Shown in pieces: positions 1-8,507 of a stretch of DNA of 64,000 nt. This DNA is from a bacterium (GTDB lineage: Bacteria; Electryoneota; JAOADG01). Both the position numbers and the translations under genes were made by a program. Under the pieces are notes generated by a model, which did no database searches, had not been told where the DNA came from, and saw nothing but the letters and a program-made list of their open reading frames with translations. How positions within the stretch are numbered: the first letter of the stretch is position 1; every line of letters begins with the position of its first letter. The DNA is taken from assembly GCA_963681965.1 (NCBI GenBank), contig OY820579.1:3872001-3936000 (forward strand), read 5' to 3'.

Positions 1-316
1 GTTCCTACGCTGCGTTCCTCGCAACGACAGAACAGGATACAGGATTTTAAAAAAAAAGATACCCGAAGATTGCTTCGTCATTCCACTTCGTAAATGCTTC
101 GCATATTACTTCGTTCCATTCCTCGCAACGACAAATCAAGATAAATGATAAAAAAAAGAACGGGCGCCCGCGGGGAGACGCCCCTACTGGCGTATAGTTT
201 TCGCAACGACAAATCACGATATCAGACGAACATGAAAGAGAAAACCGAGCGGGAGGTCCCAGAGGGCCTCCCCTACTAAAGAATACCGAACGGGAGGGCG
301 TGGGAGCCCTCCCCTA
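1..316 (+). repeat. Mosaic cluster of palindromic repeats (GATTGCTTCGTC...CCTCGCAACGAC elements plus ...CCCCTAC REP-like hairpins)
   Basis: CGCAACGAC ends at 28, 131 and 210; hairpins gggcgccc...cgcccctac and gggagg...ctcccctac; near-identical copy at about 1833-2150. Confidence 0.9.
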
Positions 317-479
317 CTTTGATAATGATGGATGCATGACTTGCCGCGGTAAAAAAAATCGACTACTGCGATTGTGTCTAAGTATAGCGGAACTCAAGAG
401 ATGGGTCATCCGTTACAGAGCTATCGACTGCGCGGGTTGGCGAAGATCGCACGCCAGTTGGTTTTGATGGAGCTGAAAA

Positions 480-788
480 ATGGATTGTCCACGCTGTACC
501 AATGTCAACCTGGTCGTATCGGATCGCGCCGGAATCGAAATCGACTATTGCCCCACCTGCCGCGGAATCTGGCTGGATCGCGGCGAATTGGATAAAATTA
601 TCGAACGGTCTCAGAGTTATGCCGCCATGGCACCGACCGCGGTAAATCATCCGCCTTCGCGCGAAGACTACCGCTACGAGGAACACGGTCACGATAAGCA
701 TCGCGATCACGATTCACACGGATATTCCGGTCACGATTCGTACAAACACGGTCGTCGCAAATCGTGGCTGCAGGAACTGTTCGACTAA
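480..788 (+). CDS. zf-TFIIB-type zinc-ribbon protein with His-rich tail (copy 1)
   Basis: CPRC...IEIDYCPTCRGIWLDRGELDKII and C-terminal KSWLQELFD; RBS GGAG upstream. Confidence 0.9.
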   Translation: MDCPRCTNVNLVVSDRAGIEIDYCPTCRGIWLDRGELDKIIERSQSYAAMAPTAVNHPPSREDYRYEEHGHDKHRDHDSHGYSGHDSYKHGRRKSWLQELFD

Positions 789-817
789 CCGATCCAATCG
801 CTGTGGAAATTGAAATG

Positions 818-843
818 AGGTGGATGAAAATCCACCTTTTTTT
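818..843 (+). terminator. Intrinsic terminator after the zinc-ribbon gene (second copy at 2650-2675)
   Basis: AGGTGGAT-GAAA-ATCCACCT hairpin followed by a T run. Confidence 0.75.
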
Positions 844-845
844 CG

Positions 846-1262
846 TATGGGCGTATGGCATACGCCCTTTTCCGATCAAGATGCTCATATCAAAAAAAGT
901 AGGTTGCCACACTTCGCCAGCCTTTGGTTGTCTTCGTTCGCAACGACAGATCAGGATACAGGAATTAAGAGATACCCGAAGATTACCTTCAGTGAGCCCT
1001 TCGGGGTTGCTTCGTCTCTTCGCTACGGAAGTGCTGCGCACGTTCCTACGCTGCGTTCCTCGCAACGACAGAACAGGATACAGGATTTAAAAAAAAAAGA
1101 TACCCGAAGATTGCTTCGTTATTCCACTTCGTAAATGCTTCGCATGTTACTTCGTTCCATTCCTCGCAACGACAAATCAAGATAAATGATAAAAAAAAGA
1201 ACGGGCGCCCGCAGGGAGGCGCCCCTACTGTTGCAAAGTTGGCGCAACGACAAATCAGGATA
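846..1262 (+). repeat. Mosaic repeat cluster (CGCAACGAC-family elements and REP-like hairpins)
   Basis: Four CGCAACGAC ends; segments recur at about 1762-2042 and 3150-3450. Confidence 0.9.
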
Positions 1263-1430
1263 CAAGACACCGGATTTAAAGCATTAACCACGGAGAGCAT
1301 CTACGAAGGAACAATAAGACGCAAAGTGGCACCAACTTGTCGTTGCGAGGAATGAAGCGAAGGATCGTCAGCCACAGGATGACAGCCGTAGCGAAGAGAC
1401 GAAGCAATCTTCAGGTAATCTTTATTATTA

Positions 1431-1459
1431 TTGCATACAGAACCACTATGCAATATAAT
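1431..1459 (+). promoter_or_regulatory. sigma70-type promoter of the GIY-YIG gene (probably leaderless)
   Basis: TTGCAT (1431-1436)-N17-TATAAT (1454-1459); ATG at 1466 with no Shine-Dalgarno. Confidence 0.7.
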
Positions 1460-1465
1460 AAAATC

Positions 1466-1756
1466 ATGAAAACGTATTATGTCTACTTCATCACCAATCA
1501 TACGAACACAGTCCTCTATGTCGGTGTGACCAGCAACCTCGCACGTCGCTTGCAGGAGCATCGATTAGGCGTTGCAATGGGGTTTTCAAAGCGGTACCGA
1601 TTGACAAAGTTGGTCTATGTCGAGCAGACGACTGATCCGTCAGCGGCAATTGCGCGCGAGAAAACGATTAAAGGATACTCCCGGGCGCGGAAAGACGAAT
1701 TGGTGAATGCACAGAATCCAGAATGGAAAGATATCTCGGATCAGATTCCACTGTAG
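1466..1756 (+). CDS. Small stand-alone GIY-YIG endonuclease (UPF0213/YhbQ-like)
   Basis: YYVYFITN...VLYVGVTSNLARRLQEH...LVYVE...AIAREKTIKG...NPEWKD; start reassigned from 1337 to ATG 1466 because the ORF-track extension runs through the repeat arm. Confidence 0.9.
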   Translation: MKTYYVYFITNHTNTVLYVGVTSNLARRLQEHRLGVAMGFSKRYRLTKLVYVEQTTDPSAAIAREKTIKGYSRARKDELVNAQNPEWKDISDQIPL

Positions 1757-1832
1757 AAAAACGATACCCGAAGATTACCTTCGGTGAGCCCTTCGGGGTT
1801 GCTTCGTCTCTTCGCTACGGAAGTGCTGCGCA

Positions 1833-2683
1833 CGTTCCTACGCTGCGTTCCTCGCAACGACAGATCAGGATACAGGATAAAAAAAAAAGGATACCCGAAG
1901 ATTGCTTCGTCATTCCACTTCGTAAATGCTTCGCATGTTACTTCGTTCCATTCCTCGCAACGACAAATCAAGATAAATGATAAAAAAAAGAACGGGCGCC
2001 CGCAGGGAGGCGCCCCTACTGTTGCAAAGTTTTCGCAACGACAAATCACGATATCAGACGAACATGAAAGAGAAAACCGAGCGGGAGGTCCCAGAGGACC
2101 TCCCCTACTAAAGAATACCGAACGGGAGGGCGTGGGAGCCCTCCCCTACTTTGATAATGATGGATGCATGACTTGCCGCGGTAAAAAAAATCGACTACTG
2201 CGATTGTGTCTAAGTATAGCGGAACTCAAGAGATGGGTCATCCGTTACAAATCTATCGACTGCGCGGGTTGGCGAAGATCGCACGCCAGTTGGTTTTGAT
2301 GGAGCTGAAAAATGGATTGTCCACGCTGTACCAATGTCAACCTGGTCGTATCGGATCGCGCCGGAATCGAAATCGACTATTGCCCCACCTGCCGCGGAAT
2401 CTGGCTGGATCGCGGCGAATTGGATAAAATTATCGAACGGTCTCAGAGTTATGCCGCCATGGCACCGACCGCGGTAAATCATCCGCCTTCGCGCGAAGAC
2501 TACCGCTACGAGGAACACGGTCACGATAAGCATCGCGATCACGATTCACACGGATATTCCGGTCACGATTCGTACAAACACGGTCGTCGCAAATCATGGC
2601 TGCAGGAGTTGTTCGACTAGTCGATCCAATCGCTGTGGAAATTGAAATGAGGTGGATGAAAATCCACCTTTTTTTCGTATGGG
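1833..2683 (+). repeat. Direct segmental duplication of about 1-851 (offset 1832 bp)
   Basis: Near-identical sequence covering the repeat cluster, zinc-ribbon gene and terminator. Confidence 0.92.
2312..2620 (+). CDS. zf-TFIIB-type zinc-ribbon protein with His-rich tail (copy 2)
   Basis: Protein identical to 480-788. Confidence 0.9.
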   Translation: MDCPRCTNVNLVVSDRAGIEIDYCPTCRGIWLDRGELDKIIERSQSYAAMAPTAVNHPPSREDYRYEEHGHDKHRDHDSHGYSGHDSYKHGRRKSWLQELFD

Positions 2684-2685
2684 CA

Positions 2686-3600
2686 AATCAGGATACAGGA
2701 GATAAAAAGATACAATCATAATAGCTTCACAAATTTGTCGTTGCGAGGAACGAAGGGCGCAACCGTGTGCGCCCGAAGAGACGAAGCAATCTATTTTTTT
2801 CATGAAACGACAAATCAAGATAAAAAAAGATACCCGAAGATTGCTTCGTCTCTTCGCTGCGGAAGTGCTACGCACGTTCCTACGCTGCGTTCCTCGCAAC
2901 GACAGAACAGGATATAAGATATAAGATACCCGAAGATTACTTTCGGTGAGCCCTTAGGGGTTGCTTCGTCTCTTCGCTACGGAAGTGCTGCGCACGTTCC
3001 TACGCTGCGTTCCTCGCAACGACAAATCAAGATAAATGATAAAAAAAAGAACGGGCGCCCGCGGGGAGGCGCCCCTACTGGCGTATAGTTTTCGCAACGA
3101 CAAATCAGGATAAAAGATGATGGCGACTCTAAAGAGCCACCTCCAGTCGTAGGGGCGTATGGCATACGCCCTTTTCCGATCAAGATGCTCATATCAAAAA
3201 AAAGTAGGTTGCCACACTTCGCCAGCCTTTGGTTGTCTTCGTTCGCAACGACAGAACAGGATACAGGACATAAAAGATACCTGAAGATTACCTTCGGTGA
3301 GCCCTTAGGGGTTGCTTCGTCTCTTCGCTACGGAAGTGCTGCGCACGTTCCTACGCTGCGTTCCTCGCAACGACGAATCAAGATAAATGATAAAAAAAAG
3401 ATCGGGCGCCCGCAGAGAGGCGCCCCTACTTCCGAAATGTTTACCCAACGACAGATCAGGATATAGGAATAGGGCGGCACTAAAGTGCTACCTCCGATCG
3501 AACAAGCGAACAGCTCTTCGCGCTGAAAGACAATCGCAGGCTCGGAGGTCTGCGCCACCGAAAAGATGGGGATTGGGTGGTAGGTGTTGGGCAGTTGGAA
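2686..3600. repeat. Large mosaic repeat cluster, including a gene-less inverted pair (2737-2903)
   Basis: GTCGTTGCGAGGAA...GAAGCAATCT then GATTGCTTCGTC...CCTCGCAACGAC; further direct copies and GTAG-type hairpins. Confidence 0.88.
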
Positions 3601-3650
3601 AAAGATGAGTTGCGGCAAAATTTGGAATCGCCAGAGGGATTCACTTATCT

Positions 3651-3682
3651 TATATCTAACTGATATATATCACTCTGATAGA
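3651..3682 (+). promoter_or_regulatory. Tandem palindromic operator, probably for PadR autoregulation
   Basis: TATATC-N5-GATATA (3651-3667) and TATATC-N5-GATAGA (3666-3682) just before the padR-like start. Confidence 0.6.
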
Positions 3683-3689
3683 GGTCAAG

Positions 3690-4262
3690 ATGAAACGCGA
3701 GAATATGACCCGATTCGCAATCCTCGGTTTGATATCGAAACAACCGATGAGCGGTTTCGATATCAAGAAAGCCGTCGATCAAGGGATCGGCTATTTCTGG
3801 AACGAGAGCTACGGTCAACTCTACCCCATCCTCAAGACACTCGCCGCCGAAGGATTGGTCGAGATGGCGATCGAACAGACCAGCGGGAAACCGGATCGTC
3901 ACGTCTACTCGATCACTTCTACCGGCTTGCAAGAATTGCGCTCATGGCTGATGCGACCGGTGGAAGCGCAACGTGTTCGCAATACGCTGCTGCTGCGACT
4001 GTTCTTCGGCGACAATGTGCCGACCACTGTCAGTATCCAACAAATCGAAGGAGTGTGCAATTTCAGTCGCGGATTACTCGCACAATTCGAGCAGCTGGAA
4101 CCGATCTTCAAACAACGTCCCGCATTCGAATACATCACCCTGATGTTCGGAATGACCTACCACAAAACCATTGTGGAATGGGGCGAGCAGGCGATTCAAC
4201 TATTGCAGCAACAACCATCGACAAAGTCGAACAAGAAACAGCGATCAGGACGAAAATCATGA
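3690..4262 (+). CDS. PadR/AphA-family transcriptional regulator
   Basis: FAILGLIS..PMSGFDIK...FWNESYGQLYPILKTL...YSITSTG...WL. Confidence 0.92.
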   Translation: MKRENMTRFAILGLISKQPMSGFDIKKAVDQGIGYFWNESYGQLYPILKTLAAEGLVEMAIEQTSGKPDRHVYSITSTGLQELRSWLMRPVEAQRVRNTLLLRLFFGDNVPTTVSIQQIEGVCNFSRGLLAQFEQLEPIFKQRPAFEYITLMFGMTYHKTIVEWGEQAIQLLQQQPSTKSNKKQRSGRKS

Positions 4263-6589
4263 AGTGGAAGATTCTTTTGAACACAATTCTAGTGTTCGCA
4301 TTCGCAATTGGCGCAGAATCCGGATATACCGCACCGACCGGAAGTCTGCATGGCACGGTCCAAGACCGTCAGACACTGGAAGCGATTCCCGGTGTGACAG
4401 TGCTAGTAATCGATGCGAAAACCGGCGCAAAAGCCGATACCGATGGGAAATTTTCCATCGCAGATATCCCCGTCGGCGTGTGGAGTGTTCGGATCAGCGC
4501 AATCGGTTACGAGACCATGATCCGCAGCGATCTTCAGATCTCAGCGGGACGCAACGCCTTTCTCGCGGTACAACTGGAACCGAAAGCACAGCAGGCAGCC
4601 GAGATGACGGTCGTAGCAGACCAATTTCAACAGGCGCCGGAAATGACGACATCGAGCCAGCGGATGTCGCAAGAGGAGATTCGCCGTGCACCGGGTGGTC
4701 GCGAAGATGTGACCCGCGCCTTAAAAATTATTCCCGGTGTACAGAGTAGTGTCGACGAGCGCAACGATTTGATCGTGCGCGGTGGTTCGCCGTCGGAAGT
4801 GTTGTTCCGGATCGATGGGATCGAATTCTCGAATCCGACGCACTTCGGTACGCAAGGGTCGTCGGGTGGTATCTTCTCGATGCTGAATAACGATTTCATT
4901 CAGGATGTGAACTTTCTCACCGGCGGTTTTCCGGCACGGTTCGGCGACAAGAGTTCGGCAGTGGTGGATGTGGCGTATCGCGAAGGGAGTCCTAAATTCA
5001 CCGGGAATGCGTATTTCGGATTTGGCGGTGCCGGTTTCAGTATGGAAGGACCACTCGATGCGGAAAAGAAAGGCTCTTATCTGTTCAGTGTGCGCCGGAG
5101 TTATTTCGATGCCGTGGTGAAGTCGATGGATTATGGTGCCGTTCCTACGCTGGCGGATCTGCAGTTTAAAATCGCTTATGCGTTGACGCCGCTCGATCGT
5201 TTGGTCGTGTTGGGAATCGGCGGGACATCGCGAATTCATTACGAACAGAAGATGTCGAACACCAAAGAGCCGGGTACCGATATGATTGAAAGCGGCAACG
5301 AGAGCGGTGTTGCCGGGATTAGTCTCACGCATTTGATTCCCAAATTGGGATTCACGCGAATCATCGTCTCGCACGATCGGGGACGGTATACCAATCGGAT
5401 CGATACGGTCGAGTCGATTGCGAATCCGGTATATCACAGGAGTTTCTACAACAATTCGCAGGAGAGTCAGACGGAGCTTCGGAACGAATGGAATCTCCGG
5501 TTGAACGAGAAGGTGGAATGGAATAGCGGGATTCAATTCAAACGTCTTTATGATCATCTCAATTACGAGCAGTTCGAACGGACCGTGTCGGAAGCGGTTC
5601 CACCGTTGCCGGATGTGGTTTCGTATCGCTCGACCGACCGGATCGATTGGTCGAATAAAATGGGGGTGTATTCCGCATTCACTTTGCAACCGCGGTTGGA
5701 GTGGGTTGTCAATATCGGCGGTCGATTCGATTATTTTCAGGCGACGAAGCAACAGGAATTTTCGCCGCGCCTCAGTTTGAGTTATCGACCGACCGGACAT
5801 TCGCGAATCACCGCATCCTACGGCATTTTCCAGCAAACGCCTCCGTTGGTCTTGATTGGTTCGAATCCGGAAAACTGCAAGTTGCAGAATATTCGCGCGG
5901 AACATTATGTGCTGGGTTTCGAACAGATTTTCGATGGATCGACGAAATTCTCGATCGAGACTTATCACAAGCAATATACGCACGTTCCGACCTATCGCGA
6001 CGAGAAACAGTGGGTGAGTCTGTTGTCGATGGGCGATGAATTCGAGGGGATGTATTCGTTCGATGCACTGGTCTCGAAGGGCACCGGACGGAGCGATGGA
6101 ATCGAAGTGATGGTGCAGAAGAAAGCGATGCAGGGTTTCTACGGGATTGTGTCCGGCACCTATTCGCGGACATTTTTCACACCATTCGACGGGAAAGAAC
6201 GACCGAGTAAATTCGACAATCCCTTGCTGTTCCAAATTGTCGGTGGTTGGAAACCGAATGCGAAACACGAACTGAGTGCGAAGTGGACCTATGCGAGTGG
6301 CGCGCCGTATACGCCGATCGACGAAGTTGCTTCGGCGCGATTGAATTACGAGATCAGCGACACCAGCCGGATCAATGCTGTCAGACAGCCGCCGTATCAC
6401 CGGCTCGACGTACGGTACGATTACCGTACTTTCTTCACGGGATGGAATCTCGTGAGTTGGATTTCACTCGAAAATGTGTATGATCGTCAAAATCTGCAAG
6501 CGAAATTGTGGAACCGCAAGAACGGGAAATTGGAGAACAAATATCAGATGGGAATCTTGCCGGTATTCGGTGTGACGGTAGAATGGTAA
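4259..6589 (+). CDS. TonB-dependent receptor with N-terminal carboxypeptidase-regulatory-like domain
   Basis: Signal peptide MKWKILL; plug motifs LIVRGGSPSE, IDGIEFSNPTHF, GGFPARFGDKSS; YHRLDVR near the C-terminus; ATGA overlap with the regulator. Confidence 0.92.
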   Translation: MKWKILLNTILVFAFAIGAESGYTAPTGSLHGTVQDRQTLEAIPGVTVLVIDAKTGAKADTDGKFSIADIPVGVWSVRISAIGYETMIRSDLQISAGRNAFLAVQLEPKAQQAAEMTVVADQFQQAPEMTTSSQRMSQEEIRRAPGGREDVTRALKIIPGVQSSVDERNDLIVRGGSPSEVLFRIDGIEFSNPTHFGTQGSSGGIFSMLNNDFIQDVNFLTGGFPARFGDKSSAVVDVAYREGSPKFTGNAYFGFGGAGFSMEGPLDAEKKGSYLFSVRRSYFDAVVKSMDYGAVPTLADLQFKIAYALTPLDRLVVLGIGGTSRIHYEQKMSNTKEPGTDMIESGNESGVAGISLTHLIPKLGFTRIIVSHDRGRYTNRIDTVESIANPVYHRSFYNNSQESQTELRNEWNLRLNEKVEWNSGIQFKRLYDHLNYEQFERTVSEAVPPLPDVVSYRSTDRIDWSNKMGVYSAFTLQPRLEWVVNIGGRFDYFQATKQQEFSPRLSLSYRPTGHSRITASYGIFQQTPPLVLIGSNPENCKLQNIRAEHYVLGFEQIFDGSTKFSIETYHKQYTHVPTYRDEKQWVSLLSMGDEFEGMYSFDALVSKGTGRSDGIEVMVQKKAMQGFYGIVSGTYSRTFFTPFDGKERPSKFDNPLLFQIVGGWKPNAKHELSAKWTYASGAPYTPIDEVASARLNYEISDTSRINAVRQPPYHRLDVRYDYRTFFTGWNLVSWISLENVYDRQNLQAKLWNRKNGKLENKYQMGILPVFGVTVEW

Positions 6590-6831
6590 TTATTGACACA
6601 AAGTCTTAACTCACTGAGTTATTGAATGTTAATCATTTGGTATTCTTCACAAATTCTTTTCGAATGGTTCGATTCATCGATTTGAAATTTGATTAGTTAC
6701 AAACATCGGATGCTTCGATCATTCTTGATTGATGACGGTAGTGCAAGACTTTGTAAAGAAAGTGAATAATTACACTTGATCTCTTGGAACAATTACTCGA
6801 TATAAGACTAACGTGACTTAACTGGGAGATC

Positions 6832-7383
6832 ATGATGGCACAATTTGTAGCGTTACAGCAGAATGTCGAAGTCAATGGGCAAACCGTTTTATCCGTCGTG
6901 AATGGGATGGGTGCATTTGAGTTTGCTGCGAAACAGTTATTGAAAAAGAACGGAATTCCCGATCCTCAACCGGACAACTGGTATCTCCAACAAGCTTGGT
7001 TGGACGCATTCAAGGAAATTCACGATAAGTTAGGCGCGAATACCCTGTTTCAGATCGGTTTGAAAATTCCTCAAAGTGCGAAGTTCCCTCCGGAAATCGA
7101 TGACATCGAGAAGGCGTTGTCGGCAATCGATATTGCATATCATATGAATCATCGCAATGGCGAGATCGGTCATTATAATTATTCCAAAGTGACAGCCGAA
7201 TCGGCAAAGATGGTATGCAACAATCCTTACCCGTGCGATTTCGATCGCGGAATTATTGCCGCAATGGCACAACGCTTCAAACCGACGGGATCGGATGTAA
7301 TGTTAATGCATGACGATACCGCACCTTGCCGGAAAAAAGGCGGCGATTCGTGTACATATCATATCGCATGGAAAAATTTGTAA
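6832..7383 (+). CDS. V4R-like (4-vinyl reductase fold) small-ligand-binding protein
   Basis: AYHMNHR..IGHY, NPYPCDFDRGII, CRKKGGDSCTY pattern. Confidence 0.65.
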   Translation: MMAQFVALQQNVEVNGQTVLSVVNGMGAFEFAAKQLLKKNGIPDPQPDNWYLQQAWLDAFKEIHDKLGANTLFQIGLKIPQSAKFPPEIDDIEKALSAIDIAYHMNHRNGEIGHYNYSKVTAESAKMVCNNPYPCDFDRGIIAAMAQRFKPTGSDVMLMHDDTAPCRKKGGDSCTYHIAWKNL

Positions 7384-7402
7384 TGCTACGAGACGAGTAG
7401 AG

Positions 7403-7430
7403 AAAAGCGGGATGATGTCCCGCTTTTTTT
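7403..7430. terminator. Bidirectional intrinsic terminator
   Basis: AAAAGCGGGA-TGATG-TCCCGCTTTT between convergent genes. Confidence 0.8.
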
Positions 7431-7452
7431 CGTTCGGTCGGATGAATTGTGT

Positions 7453-8193
7453 TCAGCAATTCCCTCGAACTAGTGCAACCCAAGCGAGATATTTGATCCA
7501 AGGGACGTGGGCGATCGCGCGATCGATCGTCCACGCGACCCGGAAACACGGTTTGCGGAGGAATCGCGGAACGCAGACCACCAGCGGTGCAGTATAACTG
7601 TAAAAGTCGATCTGAACTTGCTTGAACGTGCTCGCAATCAGTCGGAAATCATCCAATAGAAACGGATGTTCGTCGGGTGAGCGGAGTTGCGGAGTGACAG
7701 ATCGGTAGAGTTTCAAAATCGGATTCATTCCCAGCGGTTCACTGAATAGTAGGGTGCCACCCGGTTTTAATACACGTTGGATTTCCGGAAGGGCGCGTGC
7801 CAGAACCAGATGATGGAGGATTCCCGATCCGAATACAAAATCGAAACTGTTGTCCGGGAAATCGAGTTGTTCGGCACTCATTTCGAGAAAGGTGATTCGT
7901 TCCGGCGATAGATCGGCATGGACGGTCCGCGCCTGTTCGATGGCAGTGCTAGAGATATCGATTGCCGTGACGCACGCACCCGATTCGACCAGCATCCGCG
8001 AAAATAAATCTTGACCGCAACCGAGTTGCAACACTTTTTTTCCGGCACCGAATTCCAGCATCCATGCAATGAAGCGATCGTGCATCGGTTCATTGGCAGC
8101 ATGGAATCGTTCGACCGTTCTCCGGTTTCCGGCGGCATATTCGCGATCGAAAAATTCCTTTTCGCGCGCAGTGGAATTTGTTTGATCCGTCAT
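7453..8193 (-). CDS. Class I SAM-dependent methyltransferase
   Basis: KVLQLGCG motif I, AIDIS, FPDNSFDFV, LHHL, RVLKPGG. Confidence 0.9.
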   Translation of the reverse strand: MTDQTNSTAREKEFFDREYAAGNRRTVERFHAANEPMHDRFIAWMLEFGAGKKVLQLGCGQDLFSRMLVESGACVTAIDISSTAIEQARTVHADLSPERITFLEMSAEQLDFPDNSFDFVFGSGILHHLVLARALPEIQRVLKPGGTLLFSEPLGMNPILKLYRSVTPQLRSPDEHPFLLDDFRLIASTFKQVQIDFYSYTAPLVVCVPRFLRKPCFRVAWTIDRAIAHVPWIKYLAWVALVRGNC

Positions 8194-8507
8194 TGAATAT
8201 TTTTAGACAATCTTTCTCGAATAGTGTTGCGGGTGGAATAGGGTCTCACGCATACTGAAAGATACACGGTGAGTGACTGTACGACAAGACGGCGTGATCG
8301 ATGTTGGATCGGTTGAGTAGAAAATAACAAAAAAATAAAGAGTCAGGCTAAAGCTTGACCTCCGATATACAAATCGGCATGAGATACGTATTTTTAAGTG
8401 TTATCTTGTCATCGGAACCGACACAGATATTAGCGGGTGGATGCGGGGATCCGCCCTACTTGCGATGACAATTTCCAATTGAGAACCACTATAACTTAAA
8501 AAACAAA

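Larger units (their letters stand above)
1339..1861. mobile_element. Putative autonomous unit: GIY-YIG gene flanked by inverted copies of the CGCAACGAC repeat family
   Basis: Left arm GTCGTTGCGAGGAA...CCGTAGCGAAGAGACGAAGCAA (1339-1408) is the reverse complement of the conserved blocks of the right arm TTGCTTCGTCTCTTCGCTACGG...TTCCTCGCAACGAC (1799-1861); mobility is inferred. Confidence 0.55.

Noticed and set aside
385-462. Hairpins in the leader of the zinc-ribbon gene as a possible riboswitch
   Set aside because: No riboswitch consensus that I recognise; it would need an Rfam search.
598-3618. Many short ORFs with recurring peptides (SLRGTQRRNV, IASSLRYG, LRSSQRQ)
   Set aside because: They are translations of the repeat family, with no independent coding evidence.
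3584-4258. 1001-aa ORF suggesting an N-terminally extended TonB-dependent receptor
   Set aside because: The extension overlaps the PadR gene in another frame; the signal peptide starts at ATG 4259.
4721-6400. 559-aa antisense ORF and similar shadow ORFs opposite cytochrome, hisS and eno genes
   Set aside because: They lie opposite well-supported genes and have no recognisable motifs.
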